A stretch of 64,000 nucleotides of DNA. Origin: Candidatus Latescibacterota bacterium (GTDB lineage Bacteria; Latescibacterota; UBA2968; GCA-2709665). This document shows positions 10,943 through 20,654 of this stretch, in pieces (within the stretch, counting starts at the first letter, position 1; each line of letters opens with the position of its first letter). The notes beneath the pieces are model-generated. The model searched no databases. It was not told the DNA's origin and saw nothing but the letters and a program-made list of their open reading frames with translations. The stretch is taken from the NCBI GenBank assembly GCA_963667175.2, contig CAXXXF010000005.1, positions 1 to 64,000 of the forward strand, in the 5' to 3' direction. A program made the position numbers and the translations under genes.

Positions 10943-12244
10943 GTGACCTTGTTTGATACAGGCGTTCCCTCCGCACATGATTGGATTCGTGTAGGAGACG
11001 CTTACGAGGTGACCAGAAAGCCGCGTGGGTTGGATATTGCCGTCTTGCCCGAGATTCCCTTTGTGCCTATGGAGGCGATTCCCGAGGGGGGCGCTTTCGC
11101 TCCCGACTACACAATGAGAGCGCCGGAGGAGATTCGGAGCGGTACGTACTTCGAACGGGGCGACATCCTCGTTGCCAAGATCACACCTTCGTTCGAGAAT
11201 GGAAAGCAGGCCATCGCGACCGGACTTCCCGCGGACTTCGGGTTCGCAACAACGGAGGTTATCCCGCTCAGACCGATCCAGGAGTCGCATGATGGTAGGC
11301 TGTTGTTCTACTACCTGCTGGATCCTGGGGTCAGGCACTATGTCGCCGCACGAATGGAAGGCACTACAGGGCGACAGCGGATCCCTCAGGATGTGCTTCT
11401 AGACCTGCCGTTTCCGGAGTTCGACCAAGAAGCGCAGGCCGTCATCGCGGACGCCTTGGAAATGATTCAACAGCGATGCGCCGTCGAGACGAGGTCGACG
11501 AAGGCAGCGCAGGAATTGAAGCGCGCCGCCATGCGGACGCTGTTCACACGCGGCCTTCGTGGCGAGGCGCAGAAAGAGACGGAGATTGGGCCGGTGCCGG
11601 AGAGTTGGGAGGTCGTATCTATCGGCAATGTCTTCAAAATCGAGCAGGGTCTATCTTTGAAGGGCAATCTTGCCAACGATGGAGAAGGAACGCCTTTTCT
11701 CCGCACCTCCAATGTGTACTGGGGACGCATTGAACTAAAGATCGTTAGCCAGATGCGTCTCGAAGGCGAGGTGCCGCCCCACAAGCTGTTGCGCCTGGGC
11801 GACCTCCTGGTGTGCGAGGGCGGAGAGATTGGACGCGCTGCCGTATGGAACGGAGAAATGGATGAGTGCTTGTTTCAAAATCACCTTCACCGTCTGCGTC
11901 CTATGGACGCTTCCCGTACCCGTCCACGGTTCGCGATGGCATGGCTCGAAGAGGGCTTTGCACACCGCAACGTCTATAAAGGTGCCGGCAACCGCACGAC
12001 GATCCCCAATCTTTCCCGCGCTCGCCTTGCAGAACTATTGATCCCACACCCGTCTCCTGCTCAACAGCAAGAGGTCGTCGCCATCCTCGACGCCATTGAC
12101 CGTAAGATTGACCTTCACCGCAAGAAGCGCGCCGTGCTGGAAGAGCTGTTCAAGGCGCTGCTGCACAAGCTGATGACGGGTGAGATTCGCTCTGACGATC
12201 TGCATTTGTCGGCAATTGAATCGCCCGACGATTCATCGTTATAG
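10943..12244 (+). CDS. hsdS: Type I RM specificity subunit (start uncertain, ORF open from 10886)
   Basis: Two TRDs (GDILVAKITPSFENGK; GDLLVCEGGEIGRAAVW) with conserved helices ELKRAAMRTLFTRG...ETEIGPVPESW and QQEVVAILDAIDRKI...KALLHKLMTGEIR. Confidence 0.92.
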   Translation: MTLFDTGVPSAHDWIRVGDAYEVTRKPRGLDIAVLPEIPFVPMEAIPEGGAFAPDYTMRAPEEIRSGTYFERGDILVAKITPSFENGKQAIATGLPADFGFATTEVIPLRPIQESHDGRLLFYYLLDPGVRHYVAARMEGTTGRQRIPQDVLLDLPFPEFDQEAQAVIADALEMIQQRCAVETRSTKAAQELKRAAMRTLFTRGLRGEAQKETEIGPVPESWEVVSIGNVFKIEQGLSLKGNLANDGEGTPFLRTSNVYWGRIELKIVSQMRLEGEVPPHKLLRLGDLLVCEGGEIGRAAVWNGEMDECLFQNHLHRLRPMDASRTRPRFAMAWLEEGFAHRNVYKGAGNRTTIPNLSRARLAELLIPHPSPAQQQEVVAILDAIDRKIDLHRKKRAVLEELFKALLHKLMTGEIRSDDLHLSAIESPDDSSL

Positions 12245-12256
12245 ACTGAAAATTCG

Positions 12257-12439
12257 ATGTCAGAAAAGCATACACATCCGGTGAGAAATGGAGTAATCGC
12301 AACTGTAGCAGGCGGAATCATCCTGTCGATGATTCCATCCTTACGCGGCTATTTCAGAAACGCTATTTCGTGGGGTTGGAGTGGAGTCATTTGCAGCCTC
12401 GAAATTCGAATGATGCGAGGACGCAACGAGATCGCTTGA
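12257..12439 (+). pseudogene. Short ORF, probably a 5' remnant of a membrane-anchored cargo gene
   Basis: 60 aa with a hydrophobic segment (GVIATVAGGIILSMI) right after hsdS; no recognisable domain. Confidence 0.3.
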
Positions 12440-12464
12440 AACATCCCTCGATTCGAGGTAAGAC

Positions 12465-14006
12465 ATGGCATTTAGCGCAAAAGTGAGGCGAGATGCCTTG
12501 GTGCACGCAGCAAGACACTGTTGCGTTTGTCATCGCTACAAGTCCGTCAACATTGAAGTCCACCACATCGATCCACCTGGTGATGGCGGGAATGACGACA
12601 TCGACAACGCAATAGCTCTCTGTTTTGACTGTCACGCGAGTGCCGGTCACTACAATTCGAAACACCCAAAAGGATCGGCCTATTCGCGGAGCGAACTCAG
12701 GAAGGCGAGGGAATGCTGGCACTCGTTGGTTAGGTCTGGAGTTTCAAGCTGCCCTCCTACATCATCGAATTGGGCATACTGTCGCTACATCTTATGCAAG
12801 AGTTTTTCAGTGATCTCAGAAATCGTACGTGGTGACTTTAGCCGCATCCCGGTTTCCGAGCCATTGCTCGCCGAGAATGTCGCACTTGAACAAATGCGGA
12901 TGCTGGTTCAGATGCATGATTCGGATAGTCGCCAGAATAAAGTCATCGGCGACATGTTTACAGATGCCGCTGCGTATCGTACTAAGTTCCCGGAAGTATG
13001 CACGCGGGACGAATTGGTGAATCCGCACTTTCCCTACTTTGAGACCGTCAGGACGCCTGACGAAACCGAGATCCGAGAACGAGTGGTTCCATTGGATCCT
13101 GTGAGTGGATTCTTGATAGATGAGGGCGCTCGCCCCGAGGACGTGTGCCTCGCCGTTGGTTATGAAGATGATTGCGGGACAGGTGGTTTCCAGGAGTTAT
13201 ACAAGACGAGACCCCTTTGGGCGGGCTTCCTTGAAATCAGAAACATACATGAAGCAGCCGTAACTGTTCGTGCGTTAGAAGGTGAACTCAGTGTGGTTGA
13301 ACCGCGCTATCGGGGATTCTCTGAAAGCGCCGGTGCGAGTTGTTCATGGCCGTTGCCTTCAGCACCTATATTGCAACATCAGTCTGTGCTTGTTCCGCTA
13401 GCCGTGTTTCTCGCGCCCCTTTTACGAGGTACGCCCTCGCCGCATACATCCGAAGAATCTGCATTGAGTTACGGTCAATATCAAGACGTTGAACGCGTTG
13501 ATTACTCAGGCTTGGCTTCTGATATAGGTATCATAGGACCAGCGATCTGGCCATCGTCAGTTCTGGTTGAATCTCAAGGAGCAACCCTGACACAAGAGCT
13601 TCATTTGTTAGACCTCTCGAATTTGTACACTATTGATCGACACTGGGCGATGGGAAGTTGCCCTCATCTGTTTTTCCGCTATTGCGATGGCTGTATTCAG
13701 TACGCCCAAGAGGTTTTCTCACGACGTCCAGTGGAAATACAACGTCATCGCGTAAAAGTACCCGAAAAGGTCGAAGGCGTCATTCTCGCGGAACTTGAGC
13801 ACGAGACAACGTTCATTTGCTGCATGTCCATCAACGGACAGCAACGCATTGTCGAACAAGAACTCACGCAAGGGGAATCCTTGGAGAAGTCGGTAGCAGC
13901 AGGTGACGATATCCAGATAGTAGGCTGGTATTGCCCCGAGCTCTTTTACAGACAAGACCCAATATACCAAAATCAACTCATCTGTCACTTCATTGAAGAT
14001 AAGTGA
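12465..14006 (+). CDS. HNH endonuclease domain fused to a large uncharacterised C-terminal region
   Basis: RHCCVCH...EVHHIDP...GGNDDIDNAIALCFDCH (Zn-binding HNH). RBS GAGG; lower GC by eye than the flanking hsd genes. Confidence 0.8.
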   Translation: MAFSAKVRRDALVHAARHCCVCHRYKSVNIEVHHIDPPGDGGNDDIDNAIALCFDCHASAGHYNSKHPKGSAYSRSELRKARECWHSLVRSGVSSCPPTSSNWAYCRYILCKSFSVISEIVRGDFSRIPVSEPLLAENVALEQMRMLVQMHDSDSRQNKVIGDMFTDAAAYRTKFPEVCTRDELVNPHFPYFETVRTPDETEIRERVVPLDPVSGFLIDEGARPEDVCLAVGYEDDCGTGGFQELYKTRPLWAGFLEIRNIHEAAVTVRALEGELSVVEPRYRGFSESAGASCSWPLPSAPILQHQSVLVPLAVFLAPLLRGTPSPHTSEESALSYGQYQDVERVDYSGLASDIGIIGPAIWPSSVLVESQGATLTQELHLLDLSNLYTIDRHWAMGSCPHLFFRYCDGCIQYAQEVFSRRPVEIQRHRVKVPEKVEGVILAELEHETTFICCMSINGQQRIVEQELTQGESLEKSVAAGDDIQIVGWYCPELFYRQDPIYQNQLICHFIEDK

Positions 14007-14007
14007 C

Positions 14008-14172
14008 CCTAAGGCGGCTTCGCTGTGCTCAGCCGCAATCAATTGTTGGTAGTGAACGCGCCAATCTGTTCAATGGTTTAATCACTCCCCCTTGAGGGGG
14101 AGTCGCAGAAGCCGAGCCGGTCCCTGAGCTTTTCGAAGGGCTGGCGATGGCTGATGCAGATGGGGGATTTCA
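14008..14172 (+). repeat. ~165-bp composite palindromic repeat, copy 1
   Basis: Contains GCGGCTTCGCTGTGCTCAGCC, ACTCCCCCTTGAGGGGGAGT and CCCTGAGC..TCGAAGGG; inverted homolog at 16553-16720. Confidence 0.8.
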
Positions 14173-14347
14173 GTGCCTTTCGTGAGCTGGTAGCATGAAG
14201 AAACATGAACGCTTTTTGCGTTGAAGTCTTACTGAAAGACACTGCGTGGCAGACCCGTTTGCAATGCCGAAAGGCTATTGGATTGAATTATAGTCGCTAC
14301 AATTCTACAAAAGCTGTCGGCGCACTAACAATTCAAAGAGGCCATTA

Positions 14348-15520
14348 ATGGATGAAGCTCCTTGCGGATTTAGATCATCTGAGGACGAATCGCTTTTCAA
14401 GAATCCTACCGAAGATCCTGCCATTTGTCCGGATAGGGTTTCGCCCGCGGTGGAGGGCTATTTTCGATTCCCCGCAGTATGGGTCGGTGAGGCGCCCGAC
14501 CCTGATTCGGTGGTGAACCTGATTCCACACATCCATCACGCTGTAATGCTCAAGACGAGGTTATCCTGCGATGTCGACGTTCGTGTATTGCGAGATGGCA
14601 CGTTTCTATTTGATTTCTCATCGTGGCCCATTGCGCCACAGATTATGATTCCCGGATACAGAATTCCGAATCCGGGACAATCTCATCGCGTTCCTTCCGA
14701 AACAGCTCGTGCCGAAAACACTGCCGAAGAGCATGCTGTTTTGCGGGCGCAAACTATGAACGTCCATCAGGCCTGCTTGACGACTTCAGAAATGGTCGTG
14801 AGGCGACGCGGAGCAGAAATCGGATCTCCACTAACTTCCTGGAATACATTTAAGGGGATCAGTTTCGACACTGCCATTTCTTACGCGGATGACACCGTAG
14901 ATGTTCGTGCTCTTTCCCGCAATGTCCTGAACAACAAGGACCAGGTATCCCGCGAGCAGCCTCATCCTCGACGGGTCTTGGAGCTTGACGTCATCGAACA
15001 CTCGTTGGCGCTGCTCGACGAAATACTATCAGCAAAAGACACGGCACTCATACAGATCATCGAAGCGGCGTACTTAGCTGCGTGCAGATGCAACGAAAAT
15101 CGGTATGGAGAGGCAATAACGTTGGCTTGGGGAGTTTGTGAGCAACTTCTGTCATTCGCTTGGCAGGCACTCTTGGACGATACAAAGCCAGTCGGTCGAA
15201 TGAGTAAGAAACGGAAAGATAAGCTTACGGGGAGAGATTACAAAATATCTGTTATAACTGAAATTCTGGAGTTGAATAATCGAATTGATCATGATCTGTA
15301 TCTCTTCCTCGATGATGCTCGAAAAGCACGAAATGCTTGGGCACATCAATTGAGTGTACCGACCAGGGATGATGTCAGTAAAGCAATTCAGGCGGTCGAA
15401 CGTCTCTTCCGGCAAGTCAAGGGAATTTACGTATCACTCGGATGGCATGATGGTCCGGGAGGAGTACCTCAGTGGAATATATGGGTTTGGGATGAAGTCA
15501 GATGCCGTGGCGGACCGTAA
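14348..15520 (+). CDS. Hypothetical protein with probable C-terminal HEPN domain
   Basis: AITLAWGVCEQLL helix followed by ARKARNAWAH (R-x4-H) near the C-terminus; located inside the RM locus. Confidence 0.6.
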   Translation: MDEAPCGFRSSEDESLFKNPTEDPAICPDRVSPAVEGYFRFPAVWVGEAPDPDSVVNLIPHIHHAVMLKTRLSCDVDVRVLRDGTFLFDFSSWPIAPQIMIPGYRIPNPGQSHRVPSETARAENTAEEHAVLRAQTMNVHQACLTTSEMVVRRRGAEIGSPLTSWNTFKGISFDTAISYADDTVDVRALSRNVLNNKDQVSREQPHPRRVLELDVIEHSLALLDEILSAKDTALIQIIEAAYLAACRCNENRYGEAITLAWGVCEQLLSFAWQALLDDTKPVGRMSKKRKDKLTGRDYKISVITEILELNNRIDHDLYLFLDDARKARNAWAHQLSVPTRDDVSKAIQAVERLFRQVKGIYVSLGWHDGPGGVPQWNIWVWDEVRCRGGP

Positions 15521-15869
15521 GCGCAATGAATGTCCGCATGATGTAGCGGGGTTGTCGAAGTAGTGGTTGTCATCATGATCTCTTCAACTAATGGAAACAG
15601 GGGGGCAGGTCCATATTTCTGCAAGAATTCTGGTGCGTGTCAACAGTGACGCTCGCCGGATTCCCACTGGCCAACTCCAGAGGTAGTCGAACAATGGTTC
15701 GAAAAAGAACCAATGGGTCCAACTGAACCCGGCAATCGATACGTGCTCAATGATGGTTTGCCCGGTTCGGGAGCAATGACAAGCTGTGACGCGGAGGTAT
15801 GACACGGCCATTTGCGAGAAGCCGCCACAAAATCGTGAGGCAACGTCCGCTATGTGAGAGCACTCACCT

Positions 15870-16073
15870 ATGACGATTGATGGAATCTCAGCATTGACCC
15901 AAACCGGCGAGTTCGAGAAGCTGGAATTCAAGGAGACCACCGGGACACACAGGGAGGCGGAAATGACGGTGTGCGCCATCCTGAACCAACGCGGCGGCCG
16001 TGCTGTTTGGATTGACATAGTACGGTGTTTTGATTGGACGGCAAGTGAGTTCGAAGAGAAGGGAGAAAACTAA
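15870..16073 (+). pseudogene. AlbA_2 (Schlafen-like) domain 5' fragment
   Basis: GEFEKLEFKETTG...TVCAILNQRGG matches AlbA_2 (E-x3-LEFK...AFLN-x-GG); sequence diverges after ~45 aa. Confidence 0.65.
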
Positions 16074-16298
16074 ATGACCAGGCTACTTCAGCAAGCCTTT
16101 GAGAGAGCTTCCGAACTCCCTGAGACGGAACAGGATAAATTCGCCCGCTTTGTCCTGGCTGAACTGGAATCAGAACGGCAATGGATTGAGCTGTTTGCCC
16201 GGCCTGAGTCGGAGAATCTGCTGGAGCGCTTGGCCGATGGGGCCTTGTCGGAACACCATGCAGGGCGGACTCGGCCTCTCTTTTTGGTAGAGATGTAG
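16074..16298 (+). CDS. Small helical putative antitoxin
   Basis: MTRLLQQAFERASELPETEQDKFARFVLAELESERQW...LERLADGALSEHHAGRTRPL, directly upstream of a RelE/ParE-like remnant; RBS GGGAG. Confidence 0.6.
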   Translation: MTRLLQQAFERASELPETEQDKFARFVLAELESERQWIELFARPESENLLERLADGALSEHHAGRTRPLFLVEM

Positions 16299-16300
16299 GC

Positions 16301-16480
16301 GTGCGTTCGCTTACGCAGAACACTTTCCGGGACGCCTATCGACGCCTTCCAGGTCACGTGCAGCGACAGGCCCAGGAGTGAGCATCGACTACCGCGTCGT
16401 TGGGATTGTAGACCAGGAAGATATCGTATGGTTCTGGATCGGTTCGCACGACGAATACGACCGGCTTCTCAAGCGAGTTC
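16301..16480 (+). pseudogene. RelE/ParE-like toxin with internal deletion
   Basis: VRSLTQNTFRDAYRRLPGHVQRQAQE* joins out of frame to VSIDYRVVG...IVWFWIGSHDEYDRLL; the usual central HPSLxFK segment is absent. Confidence 0.65.
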
Positions 16481-16552
16481 AGAGTCTTACAGTGAGGCTT
16501 CAACGCAAAATGCGTGCATGTTTATTCGTGCAGTTTGCTCACGTTACCGCGT

Positions 16553-16720
16553 TGGAATCCCCCCACCGCATCAGCCGTCGCCTGCCCTTCGACAGGCTCA
16601 GGGAACAGGCTCGGCTTCTGCGACTCCCCCTCAAGGGGGGAGTGATTGCAATGTCAATCGGGCTGAGACGTCCACTTCAATCTATCTGGTTGTGGCTGAG
16701 CACAGCGAAGCCGCGATAGG
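16553..16720 (-). repeat. ~165-bp composite palindromic repeat, copy 2 (inverted)
   Basis: Reverse complement aligns with 14008-14172 at both ends, with a diverged central spacer. Confidence 0.8.
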
Positions 16721-16732
16721 TACAGCAGGACG

Positions 16733-16820
16733 CCCGATGAGGTCGCAGATCTTGTCGTCTCAGTCGAGTCCGAGACGCTGGCGTTCAACGAGACCACCGG
16801 GACACGCAGGGAAGCCGGAC
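16733..16820 (+). pseudogene. Second AlbA_2 5' remnant
   Basis: DEVADLVVSVESETLAFNETTGTRREA; shares GAGACCACCGGGACAC with 15933-15948. Confidence 0.5.
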
Positions 16821-16846
16821 AGTTCCGTTGAAGTGGAGGAAGAGCA

Positions 16847-17158
16847 ATGAACTCACAGATATCGATCCCAAAAGACGCACTCGCGTCGTTCTGCCGGAAA
16901 CACGGGATCCATCGTCTGTCAATCTTCGGATCGGCGCTGCGGGACGACTTCGGGCCGGAGAGTGACATCGACCTGCTGGTTGAATTCGAGCCTGGGCGTA
17001 TACCGGGTCTATTCGGTGTTGCCGGCATGGAGCTGGAGCTATCCGAGTTGTTTGGCAGGGACATTGACCTCATGACACGCACCGAAGTGGAAGAAAGTCG
17101 GAACTACATTCGCCGCGAGAACATCCTTCGGTCGGCGGAGGTGGTCTATGAAGCGTGA
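16847..17158 (+). CDS. Minimal nucleotidyltransferase (MNT antitoxin family)
   Basis: LSIFGSALRDDFGPESDIDLLVEF (GS-x10-DxD) and ELSELFGRDIDL. Confidence 0.88.
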   Translation: MNSQISIPKDALASFCRKHGIHRLSIFGSALRDDFGPESDIDLLVEFEPGRIPGLFGVAGMELELSELFGRDIDLMTRTEVEESRNYIRRENILRSAEVVYEA

Positions 17159-17237
17159 CGGCGCTTACCTGCTCGATGTGCTGCAGGCGGCTGGAGGCGC
17201 GATAGGGCGAGATGGGGGCACGATAGGGGCGAGATAA
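17148..17237 (+). pseudogene. Truncated HEPN/DUF86 toxin 5' remnant
   Basis: [15 protein letters not shown] overlaps the MNT stop as in MNT-HEPN pairs, then runs into low-complexity GATAGGG(G)CGAGAT repeats. Confidence 0.6.
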
Positions 17238-17257
17238 TAGGGGTCTTAGATCCGACA

Positions 17258-20203
17258 ATGACGCAACTTAACGTAACTGAAGCGGATACCGTGCAGTTCC
17301 CCATGGTCCGTAACGCGGCCGAGATCGGGTGGAAACCCATCTCGCCCGGGGAGGCTCTGCGCAAGCGGGGCGGCGAGACCGGCGTCTGGTTCCGGGACGA
17401 ACTGGAAGGCGCGCTCGGGCGGTTCAACCCCTGGATGACGGACGAGGCCGTTCGCTCCGTGGTCGAGCGGCTCGAGGCGGTACCGTCGACCATTGACGGC
17501 AATCGCGAGGTGCTTTCCTGGCTGCGTGGGGAGCGGCAATTTTACGACGAGGTTGAACGTCGGCACCGGCGCGTTCAAATCGTCGATTTCGAACAACCCG
17601 CCGAGAACGTCTTCCACGTCACCTGGGAGTGGAGGCTCAAACCGCCTGCCCGCAAGGGCAACCGTGCCGATGTGATGTTCGCCGTCAACGGCGTACCGGT
17701 TGCCATCGTGGAACACAAGAATCCGACGGACGGGAACGCGATTGAACGAGGCATCACCCAGCTCAAGCGCTACGAGGAGGAGACCCCTGAACTGATGGGC
17801 GCGGCGCAGCTCTTCAACGTGACGCATCTCCTGGACTACTGGTACGGCGTGACGTGGAACGCCAACCGGCGTTTCATGGCGCGCTGGAAGGAACGCCGGG
17901 AGGAGAGTTACCGATTTGCGGTGCAGTCATTCTTCGAACCGACGGATTTCCTCCGCACGCTGCGGGATTGGATCCTATTCTACGTAGAAGATGGAGAAAC
18001 ACGCAAGTCGGTGCTGCGCCAGCATCAGCGGCGCGCGATCGATCGTATTGTCGAGCGGTGCTCCGAATCTGTGAAACGCCGCGGGCTTATCTGGCATACG
18101 CAGGGTTCGGGCAAAACCTTTACGCTGCTCACCGCAGCGAGATTGATCCTGGAACGCAAGGATCGTTTTCGCACACCGACAGTAGTCGCGGTTGTCGACC
18201 GAACGGAAATCGAAGGACAGCTCAAGGGCTGGGTCGATCGGTTGCTGGGCGAGATGCAGAAGCAGGACATTGCCGTCTGGCGGGCAAGTTCGAAGAAGCA
18301 AGTTCAGGAATTACTGGCAGCCGACAAACGGGGCCTGATCGTCTCGATGATCCACAAATTCGAGGGGATCGACAAAAGTACGAACACGCGTGACAACGTC
18401 TACGTGTTCATCGACGAAGCCCATCGGTCGGTCGCCAGGGATCTGGGCACGTACATGATGGCAGCAATTCCGAATGCAACCATCATCGGTTTCACCGGCA
18501 CGCCGATCGCGAAGACGGACCAGGGCGAAGGCACCTTCAAGATCTTCGGTATCGACGACGAGTTGGGTTATCTCGACAGGTACTCCATCGCCGAATCGAT
18601 TGAGGATGAAACGACGCTTCCGATCCGTCACACGATGGCGCCGAGTGAGATGACAGTGCCGGTCGAGCGACTTGACAGGGAATTCTTCGAATTGGCGGAA
18701 GCGGAAGGGGTTACCGACGTCGATGAACTCAACAGGATTCTCGACCGGGCGGTCGGTCTGCGTACTTTCCTGACGGCCGACGACAGAATCGAAAAGGTCG
18801 CCGCGTTCGTCGCGAAGCACTTCAAGGAAAACGTGCTGTCGATGAGGTACAAGGCGTTTCTTGTGGGTGTAAACCGCGAGGCCTGCGCCAAATACAAGCG
18901 CGCGCTGGACAGACATCTGCCGCCCGAGTGGACTGAGGCGGTGTACACCGAGAATGCGGCGGACGTCATTGAACGCCCGCTTGTCGCACGGCTGCAGCTG
19001 TCAACGGAACGCGAGGAGAACGTACGCCTCCTGTTCAAGAAGGCGGATGAGAATCCGAAGATCCTGATTGTAACCGACAAGTTGCTCACCGGTTACGATG
19101 CATCGCTTCTCTACTGCATGTATCTCGACAAGCCGATGCGAGATCATGTACTGCTGCAGGCGATCGCGCGCGTGAACCGCCCTCACGCGGACGCTAACGG
19201 CGTCGGTAAGCGCGTTGGCCTGGTCGTCGACTTCGTGGGCGTGCTGCGGGAGTTGAAGAAAGCGCTGCGGTTCGACTCGACCGACGTCAGCGGAGTCATC
19301 GAGGATCTCGATCTCCTTCTCGAGGACTGCCTGAACAAGATCAAGCAGGCAAAAATCAAATATCTCGGCAAAACGGACAGCGGCGGCGCGGATGAGCGGC
19401 TTGAGGAAGTCATCTACGGTCGCTTCCTGGATCCCGAGTCGCGCAAGGCGTACTTTCAGGTTTACAGGGAGATTGAAGCGCTGTGGGAGATTCTGTCTCC
19501 ATCCCGTGAACTTCGCGACCACATTGGCGCCTATAAACAGCTTGCGCAATTGTACGCCGTACTCGTGAATGCCTATAAGACAAACGTCACCTATGACGCG
19601 CCGCTCGGCCTCAAGACCGTGAGCCTGGTGCAGGACAGCGTTATACAGAAAGGTCTGGGAGACGTGATCAAAAAGGTGACTTTTGATGCATCGACCGTCG
19701 AGGCGATTCGAGATGAGCCGGGCTCCGACGAGGCCAAAGTCTTCAATCTTGTGCGGGGCCTGCAGGACGAAATCGACGCTGATCCTGAAAAGGCGCCGAT
19801 GCTTCGACCGCTCAAGGATCGTGCCGAACACGTCCTCGAGGATCTTCAGAACCGGAATGCGTCCAGCTTCGCGGCAATGGAACGGCTGGCAGCGATGGCG
19901 AAAGAGAAAGACGAGGCGGATAGCGCCGCGAAGGATAGCGGACTTTCGACGCGCGCGTTCGGGCTGTTCTGGACACTCAGGAAGGACAAATCTCTCGAGG
20001 CTGCTGGAATAACCGCCGAGAATCTGGCCCGTGAGGCGGAAACCCTGCTCGACCGATTTCCAAATGCCGCAATCAACGTCGACGAGCAACGAAGGTTTCG
20101 GGCTGCCCTCTATCGTCCGCTGCTGGGTGTAGATGGAAACGAACGTACCCGGATTGTAGAAACGGCAATCGGAATTCTACTTGGCACACATGAGCTCTAT
20201 TGA
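17258..20203 (+). CDS. hsdR: Type I RM restriction subunit
   Basis: Nuclease motif [22 protein letters not shown]-x3-Y, Walker [32 protein letters not shown]. Confidence 0.95.
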   Translation: MTQLNVTEADTVQFPMVRNAAEIGWKPISPGEALRKRGGETGVWFRDELEGALGRFNPWMTDEAVRSVVERLEAVPSTIDGNREVLSWLRGERQFYDEVERRHRRVQIVDFEQPAENVFHVTWEWRLKPPARKGNRADVMFAVNGVPVAIVEHKNPTDGNAIERGITQLKRYEEETPELMGAAQLFNVTHLLDYWYGVTWNANRRFMARWKERREESYRFAVQSFFEPTDFLRTLRDWILFYVEDGETRKSVLRQHQRRAIDRIVERCSESVKRRGLIWHTQGSGKTFTLLTAARLILERKDRFRTPTVVAVVDRTEIEGQLKGWVDRLLGEMQKQDIAVWRASSKKQVQELLAADKRGLIVSMIHKFEGIDKSTNTRDNVYVFIDEAHRSVARDLGTYMMAAIPNATIIGFTGTPIAKTDQGEGTFKIFGIDDELGYLDRYSIAESIEDETTLPIRHTMAPSEMTVPVERLDREFFELAEAEGVTDVDELNRILDRAVGLRTFLTADDRIEKVAAFVAKHFKENVLSMRYKAFLVGVNREACAKYKRALDRHLPPEWTEAVYTENAADVIERPLVARLQLSTEREENVRLLFKKADENPKILIVTDKLLTGYDASLLYCMYLDKPMRDHVLLQAIARVNRPHADANGVGKRVGLVVDFVGVLRELKKALRFDSTDVSGVIEDLDLLLEDCLNKIKQAKIKYLGKTDSGGADERLEEVIYGRFLDPESRKAYFQVYREIEALWEILSPSRELRDHIGAYKQLAQLYAVLVNAYKTNVTYDAPLGLKTVSLVQDSVIQKGLGDVIKKVTFDASTVEAIRDEPGSDEAKVFNLVRGLQDEIDADPEKAPMLRPLKDRAEHVLEDLQNRNASSFAAMERLAAMAKEKDEADSAAKDSGLSTRAFGLFWTLRKDKSLEAAGITAENLAREAETLLDRFPNAAINVDEQRRFRAALYRPLLGVDGNERTRIVETAIGILLGTHELY

Positions 20204-20534
20204 GGAAAGTCGTCGTTCCATTCGCAGCCGGGTGGATTGCTGGGCCTACACGCTGGGTGTCCGGCCAAAGGTTGTACGTGTACAACGAATGACAAGGAAA
20301 TGGGGTTCCTGCTCGACGTCGGGGATCGTCACTCTCGCCATAGATCTCGCAGATCAGGAACAGGGATTCCAGGACTTCGTCATTGCACACGAGTTGCTAC
20401 ACCTGCGCGTTCCAAACCATGGGAAGCTGTTCAAGGCATTGATGACGGTGCATGTACCGGACTGGACGAAGTACTACGCAGGCCGAAAGCGGCTCGCCCG
20501 GGTCTCAAAGCGGACGTCCGGCGGAGACACTTGA
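20190..20534 (+). CDS. M48/YgjP (DUF45)-like metallopeptidase, short form
   Basis: MTRKWGSCS...[18 protein letters not shown]; overlaps the hsdR stop. Confidence 0.85.
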   Translation: MSSIEESRRSIRSRVDCWAYTLGVRPKVVRVQRMTRKWGSCSTSGIVTLAIDLADQEQGFQDFVIAHELLHLRVPNHGKLFKALMTVHVPDWTKYYAGRKRLARVSKRTSGGDT

Positions 20535-20654
20535 GAAAACGGGGTCCACCGATCCTGCGAAACCCTGTCGACGGGATTGTGTGAGTCCCCTACCCTGCTG
20601 CTTCGCTCCGGGATTGAAATCAGATCCCTCTTCGGCTTGCCTGTGGAGCACAAC

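Noticed and set aside
15521-15869. Possible coding remnant or TGA read-through after the HEPN-like gene
   Set aside because: Frames are short and interrupted, with no Cys-type motif context or recognisable family.
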